Below the pieces are notes generated by a model that had not been told where the DNA came from, ran no database searches, and saw only the letters and a list, made by a program, of their open reading frames with translations. A stretch of DNA of 64,000 bases from Octopus sinensis (Eukaryota): positions 17,112,001 to 17,176,000 of the forward strand of contig NC_043005.1 in the NCBI RefSeq assembly GCF_006345805.1, given 5' to 3'. How positions within the stretch are numbered: position 1 is the stretch's first letter; each line of letters begins with the position of its first letter. This document shows, one piece after another, positions 1 through 11,472 of the stretch. Both the position numbers and the translations under genes were made by a program.

Positions 1-138
1 CAGCAAAAGAGATCGATAGTATAAGTGCTAGACTTAAAATTAATAAGTACCAGGGCCGATTCATTCGACCAAAAATTCTTCAAGGCAGTGCTCCAGCACG
101 GCCGCGGTCTGATGACTGAAACAAGTATAAGATAAAAG
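1..138 (+). mobile_element. SINE family A, 3' tail only
   Basis: Matches the tail ...ggtgctccagca...atgactgaaacaagtaaaag seen in about 20 copies in the window. Confidence 0.7.
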
Positions 139-959
139 AATCAACAACCATTATTCGCCAAACGTCAGTTGGAATAAAGAGCTTAAAATTCACAAGATGA
201 AAGTTACCCCCAAGACTCTTCTATCTGTCGCCATAACTGAGAATCCTGAACGTTATAATTTAGTTGTAGAAACTATAGACAATTGATTCTTTTTTCACAC
301 ACAATATTTATGATTTTATCACAAATTGGCAAACAACGACATAGTTGGTTAAAGGTTTCCAGAAGCTAATCATAAGGTCGTTCAATTTGTGATGATAGGA
401 AAAACAAGGAAATGCTACACGCTGAAGAGCAAATATCGCAAACGACTTCGTTCGACAATCAATGGATCGGGAGTTTTATCGCGGCCGATATCCACAAAAG
501 ATCGCACACACGCACAATGGTAAATTTCCTGAAGTGCATACAATTTAAGTGGAGACAACATACTTCAGTTGGTAAGCTGGAGAAAAATATTTATCAGAGG
601 CAACGAAAATTACCCATTAAAAAAAATGGCAAGGGGGAGAACTCAGAAAATTTCAATTGACTAAAAACTAAATAATACTGTGCAGATGTCGATGGCCCTA
701 TATTTCAAAGCTAAACTAACTACGAGCATGCTCTTATTAGCTTCTTCAGCGTAGTATATAGTCAACAAACAGACTTACTAGATTACAAAATGACTTGGTG
801 AAACATCAATGTTGGAAAATCCGCTAAAGGTGTATTAACTATATGTTCTTCTGCAGAAGGCATTCTTAGGAAATATTTCAATGTCATTATCTTAAACTGT
901 ACTTAACTACACACACACAAACACAAACACGTCTGTATGTTCTCTTCTGCTTTTAATTA

Positions 960-1612
960 TTTAAATCTTCATCTGAGGAAGGAGTTGGTTTCTAACAAAA
1001 ATACAAAGCTCCATCGTTGGAATGTAAATTTCAAAAACAATGTCACATTTTAAACTTGAGGAAAGTCTTGCACATTTTTACTGTTCCACTTACGGATTGT
1101 ATTTGCAACGCGCGAATTTGTTGGTTGATTTCTTTTTTCTGAAAACCCTAGCTTATCCAACTTGCCAATTAGGCATTTAGTCACAAAACCAAGTACACCA
1201 ATTATCATTGGTATAAATGTAAATTTTTTTTTAAAGTGGATCTAGAAGCTGGAGGTTTTTTGAAACAGTTGTCCATTGTAACCTTCTTTCTTAGATTTTC
1301 AAAGAGTTCACATCAGCAGGACAGCTGACCTCTATGACGGTACTTACTTCTTCCTGTCTGTCTAAGACAACAACATCCGGTCTGGTACGCTTACACTTGG
1401 CAGATGTTTTAATGGGAATATTCCACTAGAGTTTCTAGTTCCGATGTTTGTGTATGTATTCAGGAAGAGGGTGGGGTTCTCTGAATTTATTCCAGGATAG
1501 TCTTTTCCCCGAATGGTTATATATATTGTTTTTGTAACAACGTCGTGTTGCATAGGGAGGTAGTAGCTTGAGGACATTTTGGGTGGGGGGAGCTGCTAAT
1601 CACGAGTTTATT
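960..1612 (-). mobile_element. Decayed 3' end of a restriction-like-endonuclease LINE (R2/R4/NeSL group)
   Basis: Frameshifted minus-strand translation gives ...PKMSSSYYLPMQHDVV (RHD-like motif after the CCHC knuckle), WNIPIKTSAKCKRTRPDVVVLDRQEEVSTVIEVSCPADVN (PD-(D/E)xK), then FIPMIIGVLGFVTKCL...GTVKMCKTFLKFKM* (stop 1043-1045). Confidence 0.8.
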
Positions 1613-1848
1613 AATTTTTTTCAGTTTTGCATAATTTGTTATAAAAAATATTATCAGATTCAATAAGATGTTTTATCTTTCCATTTGTCATGTTTATTAA
1701 TTTTTTCATTTTGTTTTATTGACGGTTAAACAATATTATTAGTTGAGGAAAATAACCAAACGTACCGATATTTCTCGTATAACGGAGTGAGATAGCCAAA
1801 AAGTGCCTGATGTTTTCCAAAGAAATATAACAATCTACATTTTCAATC

Positions 1849-2075
1849 GTTAGTTAGTTAGTTAATTTGGCTCAAAAGCAAATAGCAAGGCCATGTAGGG
1901 GGACATGGAGTTAAGTACAGGGTGGTGTTCATGTAAAGAGTTCAGGCCACTTGAAGTCAAGGGAGGCTTTGAACAAAGCGGTCGTCGGCATCTTCACCAT
2001 CTCGTCTGGCAGCTTGTTCCACGGATCCGCAACCCGGACGGAGAAAGCTCCTCTCCTTCGATTGAGATGAAATCG
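1849..2075 (-). mobile_element. CR1-type LINE 3' end with (TAAC)n tail
   Basis: RFHLNRRRGAFSVRVADPWNKLPDEMVKMPTTALFKASLDFKWPELFT* (FSxRVxxxWNxLP motif), stop 1929-1931, tandem tail 1849-1865. Confidence 0.85.
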
Positions 2076-2469
2076 TCATTCATTGCTATTGGATTGCAAA
2101 TGCATAACCTTCGAATTGTGAAGTGATGTTGCCGTCTCGAGTCCAAGAGAGACTTCGCTTCATGTTGATATGACTGTTTTCAAGTTTTCGGGGGAACATA
2201 CCCAAACATCAGTAATTTTGGTATTCTAAGCGTTTAACATCTAGGTCTTCTTAAAGGTATGTTAGACCCACTATTTTGGGGTAGTATGGGAGGTCATCCG
2301 GAAGAGAGTGCTTGGAGAGTTTCGACTACCATAATATTCTAAGCCTGGCATGCATGTATGCATGTACGTTTTCACTCCAGGTTACCACTTTCACCCTCCG
2401 CAAAAAATCCCAAATTTTATTTAATTTGCTTTGCGGGAAGGACTGTTTCAATGAAGTCGCGTCTTGTCC

Positions 2470-2727
2470 TTACCTTCGGAACACGGACAACTGAAGAAGG
2501 GGAATATTCTTTGTGTTGAATGTATTTTTCGTTGTTCGAAAAAAAGTTCGTTTCTATGTTTTTGTTTTTACGTTTTCGTTTCTCGTTGTGTTCAACGTTT
2601 TTTTTTATGTCTCGTGCCCATATATGCATGTATATATACATATATATGTAGGTATGTACATATATGTATGTATGTACATATGTACGTATGTACATATATG
2701 TATGTATGTACATATGTACGTATGTAC

Positions 2728-2758
<31 letters not shown>

Positions 2759-2770
2759 TTTATATATTAT
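2470..2770 (+). mobile_element. Penelope-like terminal remnant running into a compound (TA)/(TATG) microsatellite
   Basis: ctgaagaagggg...ttttcgtttctcgttgtgttcaacg...catatatgc is homologous to 44130-44340. Confidence 0.5.
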
Positions 2771-3531
2771 TTATATATTTTATTATATATACGGACACAC
2801 GTGCTATGTCAATCTAGATTTTTTTATTTATTTATTTATTTATATCCACCAGAAGAATTTTGGTGCAAGGGGAATAACTGCGACGTTGAATAGCAACTAA
2901 AACAGCTATTTTACAGGTCACGTCAGTGAGAGAGAGGAGGGGTGGGGGTGGACGAAACGACGGCGGCGTCGGCGACTGCATGCACATGCGTCTGGCTGTG
3001 GCGGGTGTTACAAGGTGGAGAAAGAAAGAAAGACAAGTTAAACAAGGTGGCAAGTACATCACTGATGGAAAAAGATGGGTGGATGATGGAAGAGATAAAT
3101 GAGGTCAGAGAACTACGATGGAGAGAGAGAGAGAGAGGGAGGGAGAGGGTGGTGGTGGTGGTGGTGGCTGAGAGCAGTTGTAACAGAAAACATGTAAAAA
3201 AAACTGAAAAACAAGGTTTAGTACGCCGATCTGGCTCACACTACATGTTTCGCAGATACGCCAGCAGATAGAGGGTGTGGCTCCCCTAAATAAATAACCC
3301 ACACTAGCCTTGTTGTACGTAATGAGATAATCATTTGTTTGTTGACAAATAAATAGTCTACCATAAAACTTGGCTTTGGCTCGTCAACAAAGTATGAGAG
3401 ATAAGCATTCCGTTCACCTCTCTCTAGTCTCTGTCTCTGCGGTGCAGGCATTGAGTCCATATTTATGGACGCGTGCGCGTTTGCACAGACACATACGCTG
3501 ACACACGTTAATAGAGGTACACGCGCAAGTG

Positions 3532-3635
<104 letters not shown>

Positions 3636-3705
3636 AGGGTAGGGAACACTACATTTTGAAACGTTGAGTACATTATATATTGTATTAGAAATCATTTGAA
3701 AGAAT

Positions 3706-4068
3706 AAACACACGAGGGTATATATACACACACACACACGAGGGTATATATACACACACACACACACGAGGGTATATACACACACACACACACACGAGGT
3801 ATATACACACACACACACACGAGGGTATATATTACACACACACACGAGGGTATACACACACACACACACGAGGGTATATACACACACACACACACACGAG
3901 GGTATATATACACACACACACACACGAGGGTATATATACACACACACAACACACACACACGAGGGTATATACACACACACACACACACGAGGGTATATAT
4001 ACACACACACACACACGAGGGTATATATACACACACACACACACACGAGGGTATACACACACACACAC
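3706..4068 (+). repeat. Minisatellite, about 13 units of CACGAGGGTA(TA)n(CA)n
   Basis: Repeated cgagggtat anchors about 24-36 bp apart; accounts for the VCVC/HTHT ORFs. Confidence 0.95.
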
Positions 4069-4073
4069 ACATA

Positions 4074-4195
4074 TTGGCCTGCTCGCTTAGCCAGCGGGGT
4101 GGCATCATTTGAAGGCTAAAGCAATGCAAAGTGCATTGTGACCAGCGATGTGTAGTAACATCTGATAGCCTGGTCGGTCATGGTGATCACGGTGA
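4074..4195 (+). mobile_element. SINE family D, 3' part
   Basis: ttggcctgctcgcttagccagcggggtggc...ctggtcggtcatggtga, as in 33648-33935. Confidence 0.85.
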
Positions 4196-4298
4196 TATAT
4201 ATATATATATATATATATAAGTTCTGGATTTTATTCCCTCAAATATTAATAATATATATAAATATATATTTCTTTTTGTAACATATTTCTACTGCACA

Positions 4299-4464
4299 AG
4301 GCACAGGAGTGGCTGTGTGGTAAGTTGCTTGCTTACCAACCACATGGTTCCGGGTTCAGTTCCACTGCGTGGCACCTTGGGTAAGTGTCTTCTACTATAG
4401 CCTCGGGCAGACCAAAGCCTTGTGAGTGGATTTGGTAGACGGAAACTGAAAGAAGCCTGTCGTG

Positions 4465-4526
<62 letters not shown>

Positions 4527-4730
4527 ATGTGTTTGTGTGTGTTTGTCCCCCTAGCATTGCTTGACAACCGATGCTGGTGTGTTTATGTCCCCGTTACTTA
4601 GCGGTTCGGCAAAAGAGACCGATAAAATAAGTACTGGGCTTACAAAAGAATAAGTTCTGGGGTCGATTTGCTCGATTAAAGGCGGTGCTCCAGCATGGCC
4701 GCAGTCAAATGACTGAAACAAGTAAAAGAG
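4299..4730 (+). mobile_element. SINE family A, full length with internal (TA)n
   Basis: tRNA-like head (A box tggctgtgtgg, B box ggttcagttcc), internal microsatellite, conserved tail. Confidence 0.9.
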
Positions 4731-4811
4731 TATATATATATATATATATATACAAGTCAATAGACAGCATGCTATTGTGTGAAATTTCTAAAAATATTCG
4801 CTACTCTATAT

Positions 4812-5176
4812 ATTCTTTCATTCGTTTCAGTCATTTGATTGCGGCCATGCTGGAGCACCGCCTTTAGTCGAGCAAATCGACCCCGTGACTTATTCTTTGT
4901 AAGCCTAGTACTTATTCTATCGAACCGCAAAGTTATGGGGACGTTAACACACCAGCATCGGTTGTCAAGCGATGTTGGAGGGACAAGCACAGACACACAA
5001 ACATGCATATACATATATACGACGGGCTTCTTTCTTTTTCAGTCTGCCAAATCCACCCACAAGGCTTTGGTCGGCCCGAAGCTAGAATAGAAGACACTTG
5101 ACCAAGGTGCCACGCAGTGTGACTGAACCCGGAACCATGTGGTTCGTAAGCAAGCTACTTACCACACAGCCACTCA
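4812..5176 (-). mobile_element. SINE family A, inverted relative to 4299-4730
   Basis: Reverse complement of head and tail. Confidence 0.9.
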
Positions 5177-5769
5177 TATATATATATATATATATATATA
5201 TGCATGTGTGTATGTTAGTTTTTATGTATATATGTATACATACACATATGCAAGTGTATGTGTGTTTGTAAGTATATTTAAGCATACGTGTACGTTTTGA
5301 GTATAAAAAAAAGCACAAGAGGGAAAGTACTCAATACAGAGGTAGCGTGTTTTGTTGTAGTGCTCAAGTCGATCTTTTACTCTCCATTTACACAACACAC
5401 ACACACACACGCACTGTATGGGAAAAGGAAAATCACAAAACACATGATACATTCTGTGGAACACATTGATATTTATCTATTTATTTATTTCTTCTTTGGC
5501 GACATGAATACTATTAGAAGTTCGTATGTGTGTGTGTGTGTTTGCTCGACTATCTATGTTTCTATTTAAGACATTTTTCTTTATATCTTTATTCTAGTAT
5601 ATATATGACTGTCTATCTGTCTTGTTTACCTAGCAGTCTACCTGTGTGTGTGTGTGCATTCACGCACGTATACATGCGTATGTATCATACACACCTATTT
5701 ATCCATCTGTCCATTTCCTATTTTTATGTGTACTTATGTATGTATATAAATGTTTGTCTTTTTGCCCAC

Positions 5770-5829
<60 letters not shown>

Positions 5830-5911
5830 AAGTTAATCCAAACATGAAAACACAACAACGCGAGGACGTGGAACAAATATAGTATTATTGGACGCTCAGG
5901 AAAGAAGGAGG

Positions 5912-5946
5912 GTTTAACGTTTCGAGCGGAGCTCTTCGTCAGAAAC
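5912..5946 (-). ncRNA. Minimal type I hammerhead ribozyme motif in a Penelope-like remnant (about 5830-6030)
   Basis: GUUU-CUGACGA-A-GAGC(UCC)GCUC-GAA-ACGU-U/AAAC: canonical core, 4 bp stem I, 4 bp stem II, palindromic ACGU stem III. Confidence 0.7.
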
Positions 5947-6091
5947 ATAGGAAAAGGAAAGATCCAGAGAAGGGAAGACGGAGGGAAAAAAATCACCAAA
6001 ACGGTAAATACGCGGTCACATTTTGAACGTGTGTGTATATATATATATAATCGAACTCAAATATTTACATCTGTTTAACCATTTTACACCC

Positions 6092-6137
6092 TCTCTGATG
6101 AAGGGATATCCATAATATCCCAGAAACAGCTGTAAGA
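6092..6137 (+). ncRNA. Minimal type I hammerhead ribozyme motif
   Basis: UCU-CUGAUGA-A-GGGAUA(UCCAUAA)UAUCCC-A-GAA-ACAGCUGU-A/AGA: canonical core, 6 bp stem II, palindromic stem III, 3 bp stem I. Confidence 0.6.
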
Positions 6138-6210
6138 CTTTATTTATACCTTTTTCCTTATAAATGCTCTGAGAACTCCACATAGACATGACTTTGTTAT
6201 CTCATTTTGC

Positions 6211-6262
<52 letters not shown>

Positions 6263-6671
6263 TTAGTAGAGTTAGAGGTTGGAATAACCGTCTAAGGGAT
6301 AAAAAACTATCCGTTTTACCTCCGGTATAATTACCTATGTTAACCCTGGGCATACATATGCAAGCATATTACGCTCATAGGTTACAGGTAATGACAAAGA
6401 TAGCCATGGGTTTATCAGGAATCAAATTTAAAATTAAAAAGGAATTGGAGAAATAATGATCAACAATTGACTAACATCGATTATTACTTTTTCCCACAAA
6501 TAGACTTTATCCCATCTATTCATCTATCTATCCACAAACGAGAGAAGGGCGCTCAACATTTATTGGGAGTTATATGTATGGACCAAAACAGTTTGATCCA
6601 CACACGCACGTGTCTTGACTTCGCCTTTCGACTCCGCTATTCGTTAAAATTAAGTACGTTAATTAAGTACC

Positions 6672-6904
6672 AATTTCTTTACTACCCACAAGGGGCTAAA
6701 CATAGAGTGGACAAAGAAGGACAGACAAAGGGAATAAGTCGATTGTATCGACCCTAGTGCGTAACTGGTACTTAATTTATCGACCCCGAAAGGATGAAAG
6801 GCAAAGTCGACCTCGGCGGAATTTGAACTCAGAACGTAACGGCAGACGAAATACGGCTACGCATTTCGTCCGGTGTGCTAACGTTTCTGCCAGCTCGCCA
6901 CCTT
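6672..6904 (-). mobile_element. SINE family B
   Basis: aaggtggcgagctggcagaaacg head and gcctttcatcctttcggggtcgataaattaagtacc core. Flanking direct repeat acgttaattaagtacc at 6656-6671 and 6910-6925. Confidence 0.9.
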
Positions 6905-7920
6905 AATTAACGTTAATTAAGTACCGACCAAATGCCAATGCATTCCATTTAATTGGCTTCACCCCATCCCACCAAAACGGCTGTCCTTCGCCCTGGTGGC
7001 AAAAAAAAAAAAAAAAAATAATAATCATCAGAAACCAAGAACCATTATTAAGAGTTCAAATTCTATCAGGGTGAAACTGGATCTGTCAACTTTGCCTTTC
7101 ATTCCTGTGGGCTTGATAAAATAATCTACCAAGAATCAGTGAGCTTTACTTGTTCCTATGGCATTGTTTTTACAGCTGGGCATGATGGTGGTGGTGGTGG
7201 TGGTGGTGATTACGCTTAGCCACTCAACCATAAAGCAAGGAGTGGAACGTGATTGTTTTTCTTCTTCTTGTTTTCTTTCCTAATGAAATACACAGACCCA
7301 GTGTTGCAATAGATTTTTTTTTAAATATCCAAGAATTTGAAAGGTTTAGTAAAATGAACAAAACAAAAATCAAAAAAAAAACCTCCCAAAAAACTTCTTA
7401 GTTCGTTCCAAGATACATCTAACAGATGTTCTGGAATGCAACATCAGACAAGTTTCGTGGGGGCAGGGAGTAGTGGGGAAGGGTTCGAGTATTTCAACAT
7501 CCGGCCTCATCAGCCAAGTTGACCCAAGTGGGGGTCGATCAATTCCCAGCTTACAGTTCAGGAGAAGCAAACCACCACTCCACCCGTTTCATCCAAGGCC
7601 ATCTAGTGGCCTCCCCTACAGGTTCACTGACGGAAATGCATGGACCGGCTCTTTGCTGCACCGGGAGACCCTGGCAGCCTGTTTTAATTGGTTTATAACG
7701 TGCCCACCAACCTTGGAATCTGCACTGCTATACCAGTTCCTGGTACATGAACTTCTTCTGAAGAGTCTCCTACTTTTCCTCTTTCCAGGAGTGCGTGCAC
7801 GCACACACACACACGAAAATAAACACGCACAGAGGACTGAGTGTCTTATGAATTATTTAAGCCGATGCACTGAAAGATACTTTACACAGAAACCTAGTCT
7901 TAAGGTATCATAACATGGTA

Positions 7921-8232
7921 AAAGGGTAGACCCCCTTCGATCATGAATGACCATGGGATTGCACCTGGGTAAGGTTGTTTATGGAAGACCAGCAGTCGCC
8001 CATGTATAACAGCCTCCTCACTCTATGCCACCAATGTTATCCAAGAGAAAGGCAAAAGGGACCGATACAGCTTGGCACCAGTGATGTCACAACTCACTTC
8101 TACAGATGAACGAACTGGAACAACATGAAATAAAGTGCCTTGCTCAAGAACACAACACGCAGCCCGGTCCGGGAATCGAACTCACTACTTCGCGATTGCG
8201 AGCCCGACGCTCTAATTATTGAGCCATGCACA
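7921..8232 (-). mobile_element. SINE family E (tRNA-derived)
   Basis: Head with gagttcgattcccggaccgggc B box; homologous to 25418, 40746 and 48770 copies. Confidence 0.85.
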
Positions 8233-8540
8233 CCATTCGCCTTTATAACATGGTACAACACAGTAAAACTGACCAATGTTTCGTTCACTTAGCAGACGTC
8301 CAGTCAATCAGTGAGAGAACGAGAGATACAGCGTCTGTCACACTATCCAACTGTACATACACACTGTATGAGAATAAGCTTTTCACTGGGAAGCCAGCAA
8401 CACACCAATGAATTATTTACCATGATATACGTGAATATCTGTTTTAGATTACTTGTGCCATCTCGTATATAGATGTGTATGTGTGTGTACATTTATAAGC
8501 CGGTGTCAAAATGTGTCGTAACCATCGGCATTGTAATCTC

Positions 8541-8954
8541 GGATCTTTTCGGTTTGAACGGCAGTTTTTCTAGCGGTGTCATATGAAATTGTCACCTATA
8601 ATTATGACCCTAGTATCGATCTATTGCATTTCTATCTGTTTTAGGGTTAGGGGTGAGGAGAAGGGTATCTTTTTTTCTTCACAAATGTAAATAAACCCAA
8701 TCTGTTTCTTAAACGAGGGACATATTCATACGGCACAGAATGCTTTTTACCTCAATAGACGTCACTAATTGGGTGAAATTGCAGAAATTGAAGGAAAAAA
8801 AAAACAACAAATATCTTACAAACTATAGAATTTTCTCAATAAAGCCAAGAGAAAAAGATGTTTTATAAACACATTCTACCAGTATACGAAGTTTAAAAGT
8901 GTTTAGTTACGTGGAAATTATTTTAAAAAACTGCCGTTCAAACCGAAAAGATCC
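8541..8954 (+). mobile_element. MITE with about 28 bp TIRs and 8 bp TSD (Merlin-like, or another 8-bp-TSD superfamily)
   Basis: TIR ggatcttttcggtttgaacggcagtttt / aaaactgccgttcaaaccgaaaagatcc. TSD gtaatctc at 8533-8540 and 8955-8962. GG termini. Confidence 0.85.
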
Positions 8955-8967
8955 GTAATCTCTACTT

Positions 8968-9350
8968 TTTCCATGCTTGCGCGGGTTGGACAGAATTCAC
9001 TGAGGTAGATTTTCTACAGTTAGGTGCCCTTCCTGTCGCCAACCCTCACCTGTTTGCCAGCAAAGGCAATATTTCTCTTTGGCCATATATATTTTCATGG
9101 AAGACTAGAAATGAACGGTACTGCTTGCATGATGGCCACGTTCACTAATAACTATCACATGATGTCGAAACAAGGACACACGCATATGCGTAATGGCCTT
9201 CTTTCAGTTTGTGTCTACCAAATCTGCTTTGGGGCTTTTTTTGGAAATAGGTCAATAGTAGAAAGAAAAACTTGGCCAAGGTGCCTTGCTGTGAGACTGA
9301 ACCTGAATCTTTGAGGTTCAGAAGCAAACTTCTTGAACCACACAGCCATG
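8968..9350 (-). mobile_element. Diverged SINE with family-A-like head and family-C-like tail
   Basis: ccacacagccatg head end, ccttcctgtcgccaaccc core, ttttccatgcttgc tail. Related remnant at about 14210-14535. Confidence 0.55.
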
Positions 9351-9462
9351 AGTCTTACTATGCACGCACACATTCACATTGACTGTCACGGTTCCTATGT
9401 AGATGTATACTTTTGTTCGTCCCCCAACATCGCTTGACAACCGAGGCTGGTGTGTTTACGTC

Positions 9463-9703
9463 CCCTTCACATCTGGCCACCTCAGATTGCAACTCTCATG
9501 ATTATTATGTGTGGGCCACAGTTGAGCGAGGGGCCAACAAAGATCCCTGTAACATCAAAGATGAACTGAAGGCAAGGATTATGGCAGCATCCACCAACTT
9601 AAACAAGGAGACCGTCCAGAAGAGTTGCTCCTCGCCCCGACATTCGAAACTTCGAGTACTATAATGACAACTTACTGTTTATCCTAAATTATACAGATAT
9701 AAA
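9463..9703 (+). repeat. 241 bp local duplicate of 10881-11121 (transposon fragment plus flank)
   Basis: 12 substitutions, all transitions, no indels by manual alignment. Confidence 0.9.
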
Positions 9704-10355
9704 GGCAGTGAGCTGGTAGAACTGTTAGAGTCTCAGTTAGAATGCCTTGCAGTATTTCGTCTGGCACTCTGTGTTTCGGGTTCAAATCTTGCTAAAATCA
9801 ACACACCCTTTTATACTTTTGGAAATGAAGTTTTCTCTCTCAACAAGTACCAGGCTACGTTCAGCCCGGAAAGAGAGAGAAAAGAGGGTTCTGCTACTTT
9901 GAAATTCCAAACACACACAATGGGTTCCTACAACTCCATTGAGAGTTATGGGACCAAGAAATGATGTATATATATTTATGAGTATATGTGTGTTTGCAGT
10001 TGTTTTAACTCATATATAGGACACATGTAAGAAGCATATGCGTGTGTATACGAACATGTGCGTGTGTGTATATGAACATGTGCATTTAATGATGAAATAT
10101 CCTTATACACAAGCTTACGTGCGTGGGTGTGCATGTATCCACATGTCTATCAATGAAGGTATGTATATGAATCACATGTGTTAATGCGTGTGTGATTTCC
10201 CACATGTCACACCACGCACATGTAAAGTTGTTGCACAACAAATGTGTGTGTGTGTGCGTGTTTCCATATTTAAGTCTTCGCAATATTTGTGCCACACACA
10301 TGCACAAGTAGTGTATATAAACATATGTACTGACATAAAGACAGATACACAAGTA

Positions 10356-10402
<47 letters not shown>

Positions 10403-10439
10403 TAATATGTACATATATACATACACACACACACAGTAT

Positions 10440-11045
10440 GGTAGGGTCAATTGGGCACTGTCTGTAAGAAAAACAGCACCATGATGCAATTCACTCAGCT
10501 AGAAATTCGGAAACGATATGCTGTACTGCTTGGCATTCGCGCCCGAAGCTCCAATACGAACTGATGGTGGACCCACAGAAAAATCGTTTGCTTGCCGTGT
10601 CCCCCAAAACATGTACCGAGAGTGATAAAAATCAAACGTCCAGTCAACATCACAGTGTTTGGAGTAATCACTAGTGATGGTGACATTATGCCTCCATTCA
10701 TCTTCCCACACGGCCTCAGATTCAACACGGAGGCCTACATCAAGTGCCTGGATGAGGTAGTGCTGTCCTGGGTCAAGAGAGTGGCTACTGGAAGACCCCC
10801 GTGTCTGGCAACAGGACTCTGCACCATGCCACAAAAGTAGGAGTACTCATGGCTGTCAGACAATTTCTGCGACCACATTACCCTTCACATCTGGCCACCT
10901 CAGATTGTAACCCCCATGATTATTATGTGTGGGCCACAGTTGAGCGAGAGACCAACAAAGATCCTTGTAACATCAAAGATGAACTGAAGGCAAGGATTAT
11001 GGCAGCATCCACCAACTTAAACAAGGAGACCGCCCAAAAGAGTTG
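10440..11045 (+). mobile_element. Internally deleted Tc1/mariner-superfamily transposase, maT (DD37D)-like
   Basis: VFGVITSDGDIMPPFIFPHGLRFNTEAYIKCLDEVVLSWVKRVA, QQDSAPCH, WPP..DCNPHDYYVW and KDELKARIMAA across frameshifts. The third catalytic residue is D; exact spacing cannot be counted because of indels. Confidence 0.8.
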
Positions 11046-11425
11046 CTTCCCGCCCCGACATTCGAAACTCCGAGTACTATAATGACAACTTACTGTTTGT
11101 CCTAAATTATACAGATATAAATAATCCTCTATTTACCTAATATCGAGGCAAATCTAGCTGAAGAAGACTAATCAAACTTACGATAGCAAACGTGTTTGAA
11201 GAGTTCGAAACCTAGGTTCTAGATTATCCGACCCTGGGTTATCCATTTATCTAATGTTTTTCCTAGAGGTAAGACGAATTTTTTTAATATTCGCTGCATT
11301 CACACGTCTCTGTCAGTAAATACACAGGGAAGCTTTACTATAGCGTCGTAAATTTATTGACTGCTATTTGCAGTAAACATTGGTGCATTGTTGTATCACT
11401 AATCTCTCTCTCTGTAGATGTGTAA

Positions 11426-11472
<47 letters not shown>

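Noticed and set aside
140-870. Coding-like plus-strand stretch including ORF 412-660
   Set aside because: Multiple stops and no motif I can assign; possibly an old element.
3706-4068. CRISPR-like repeat/spacer appearance
   Set aside because: The spacers are microsatellite, not unique sequence; eukaryotic context, no cas genes.
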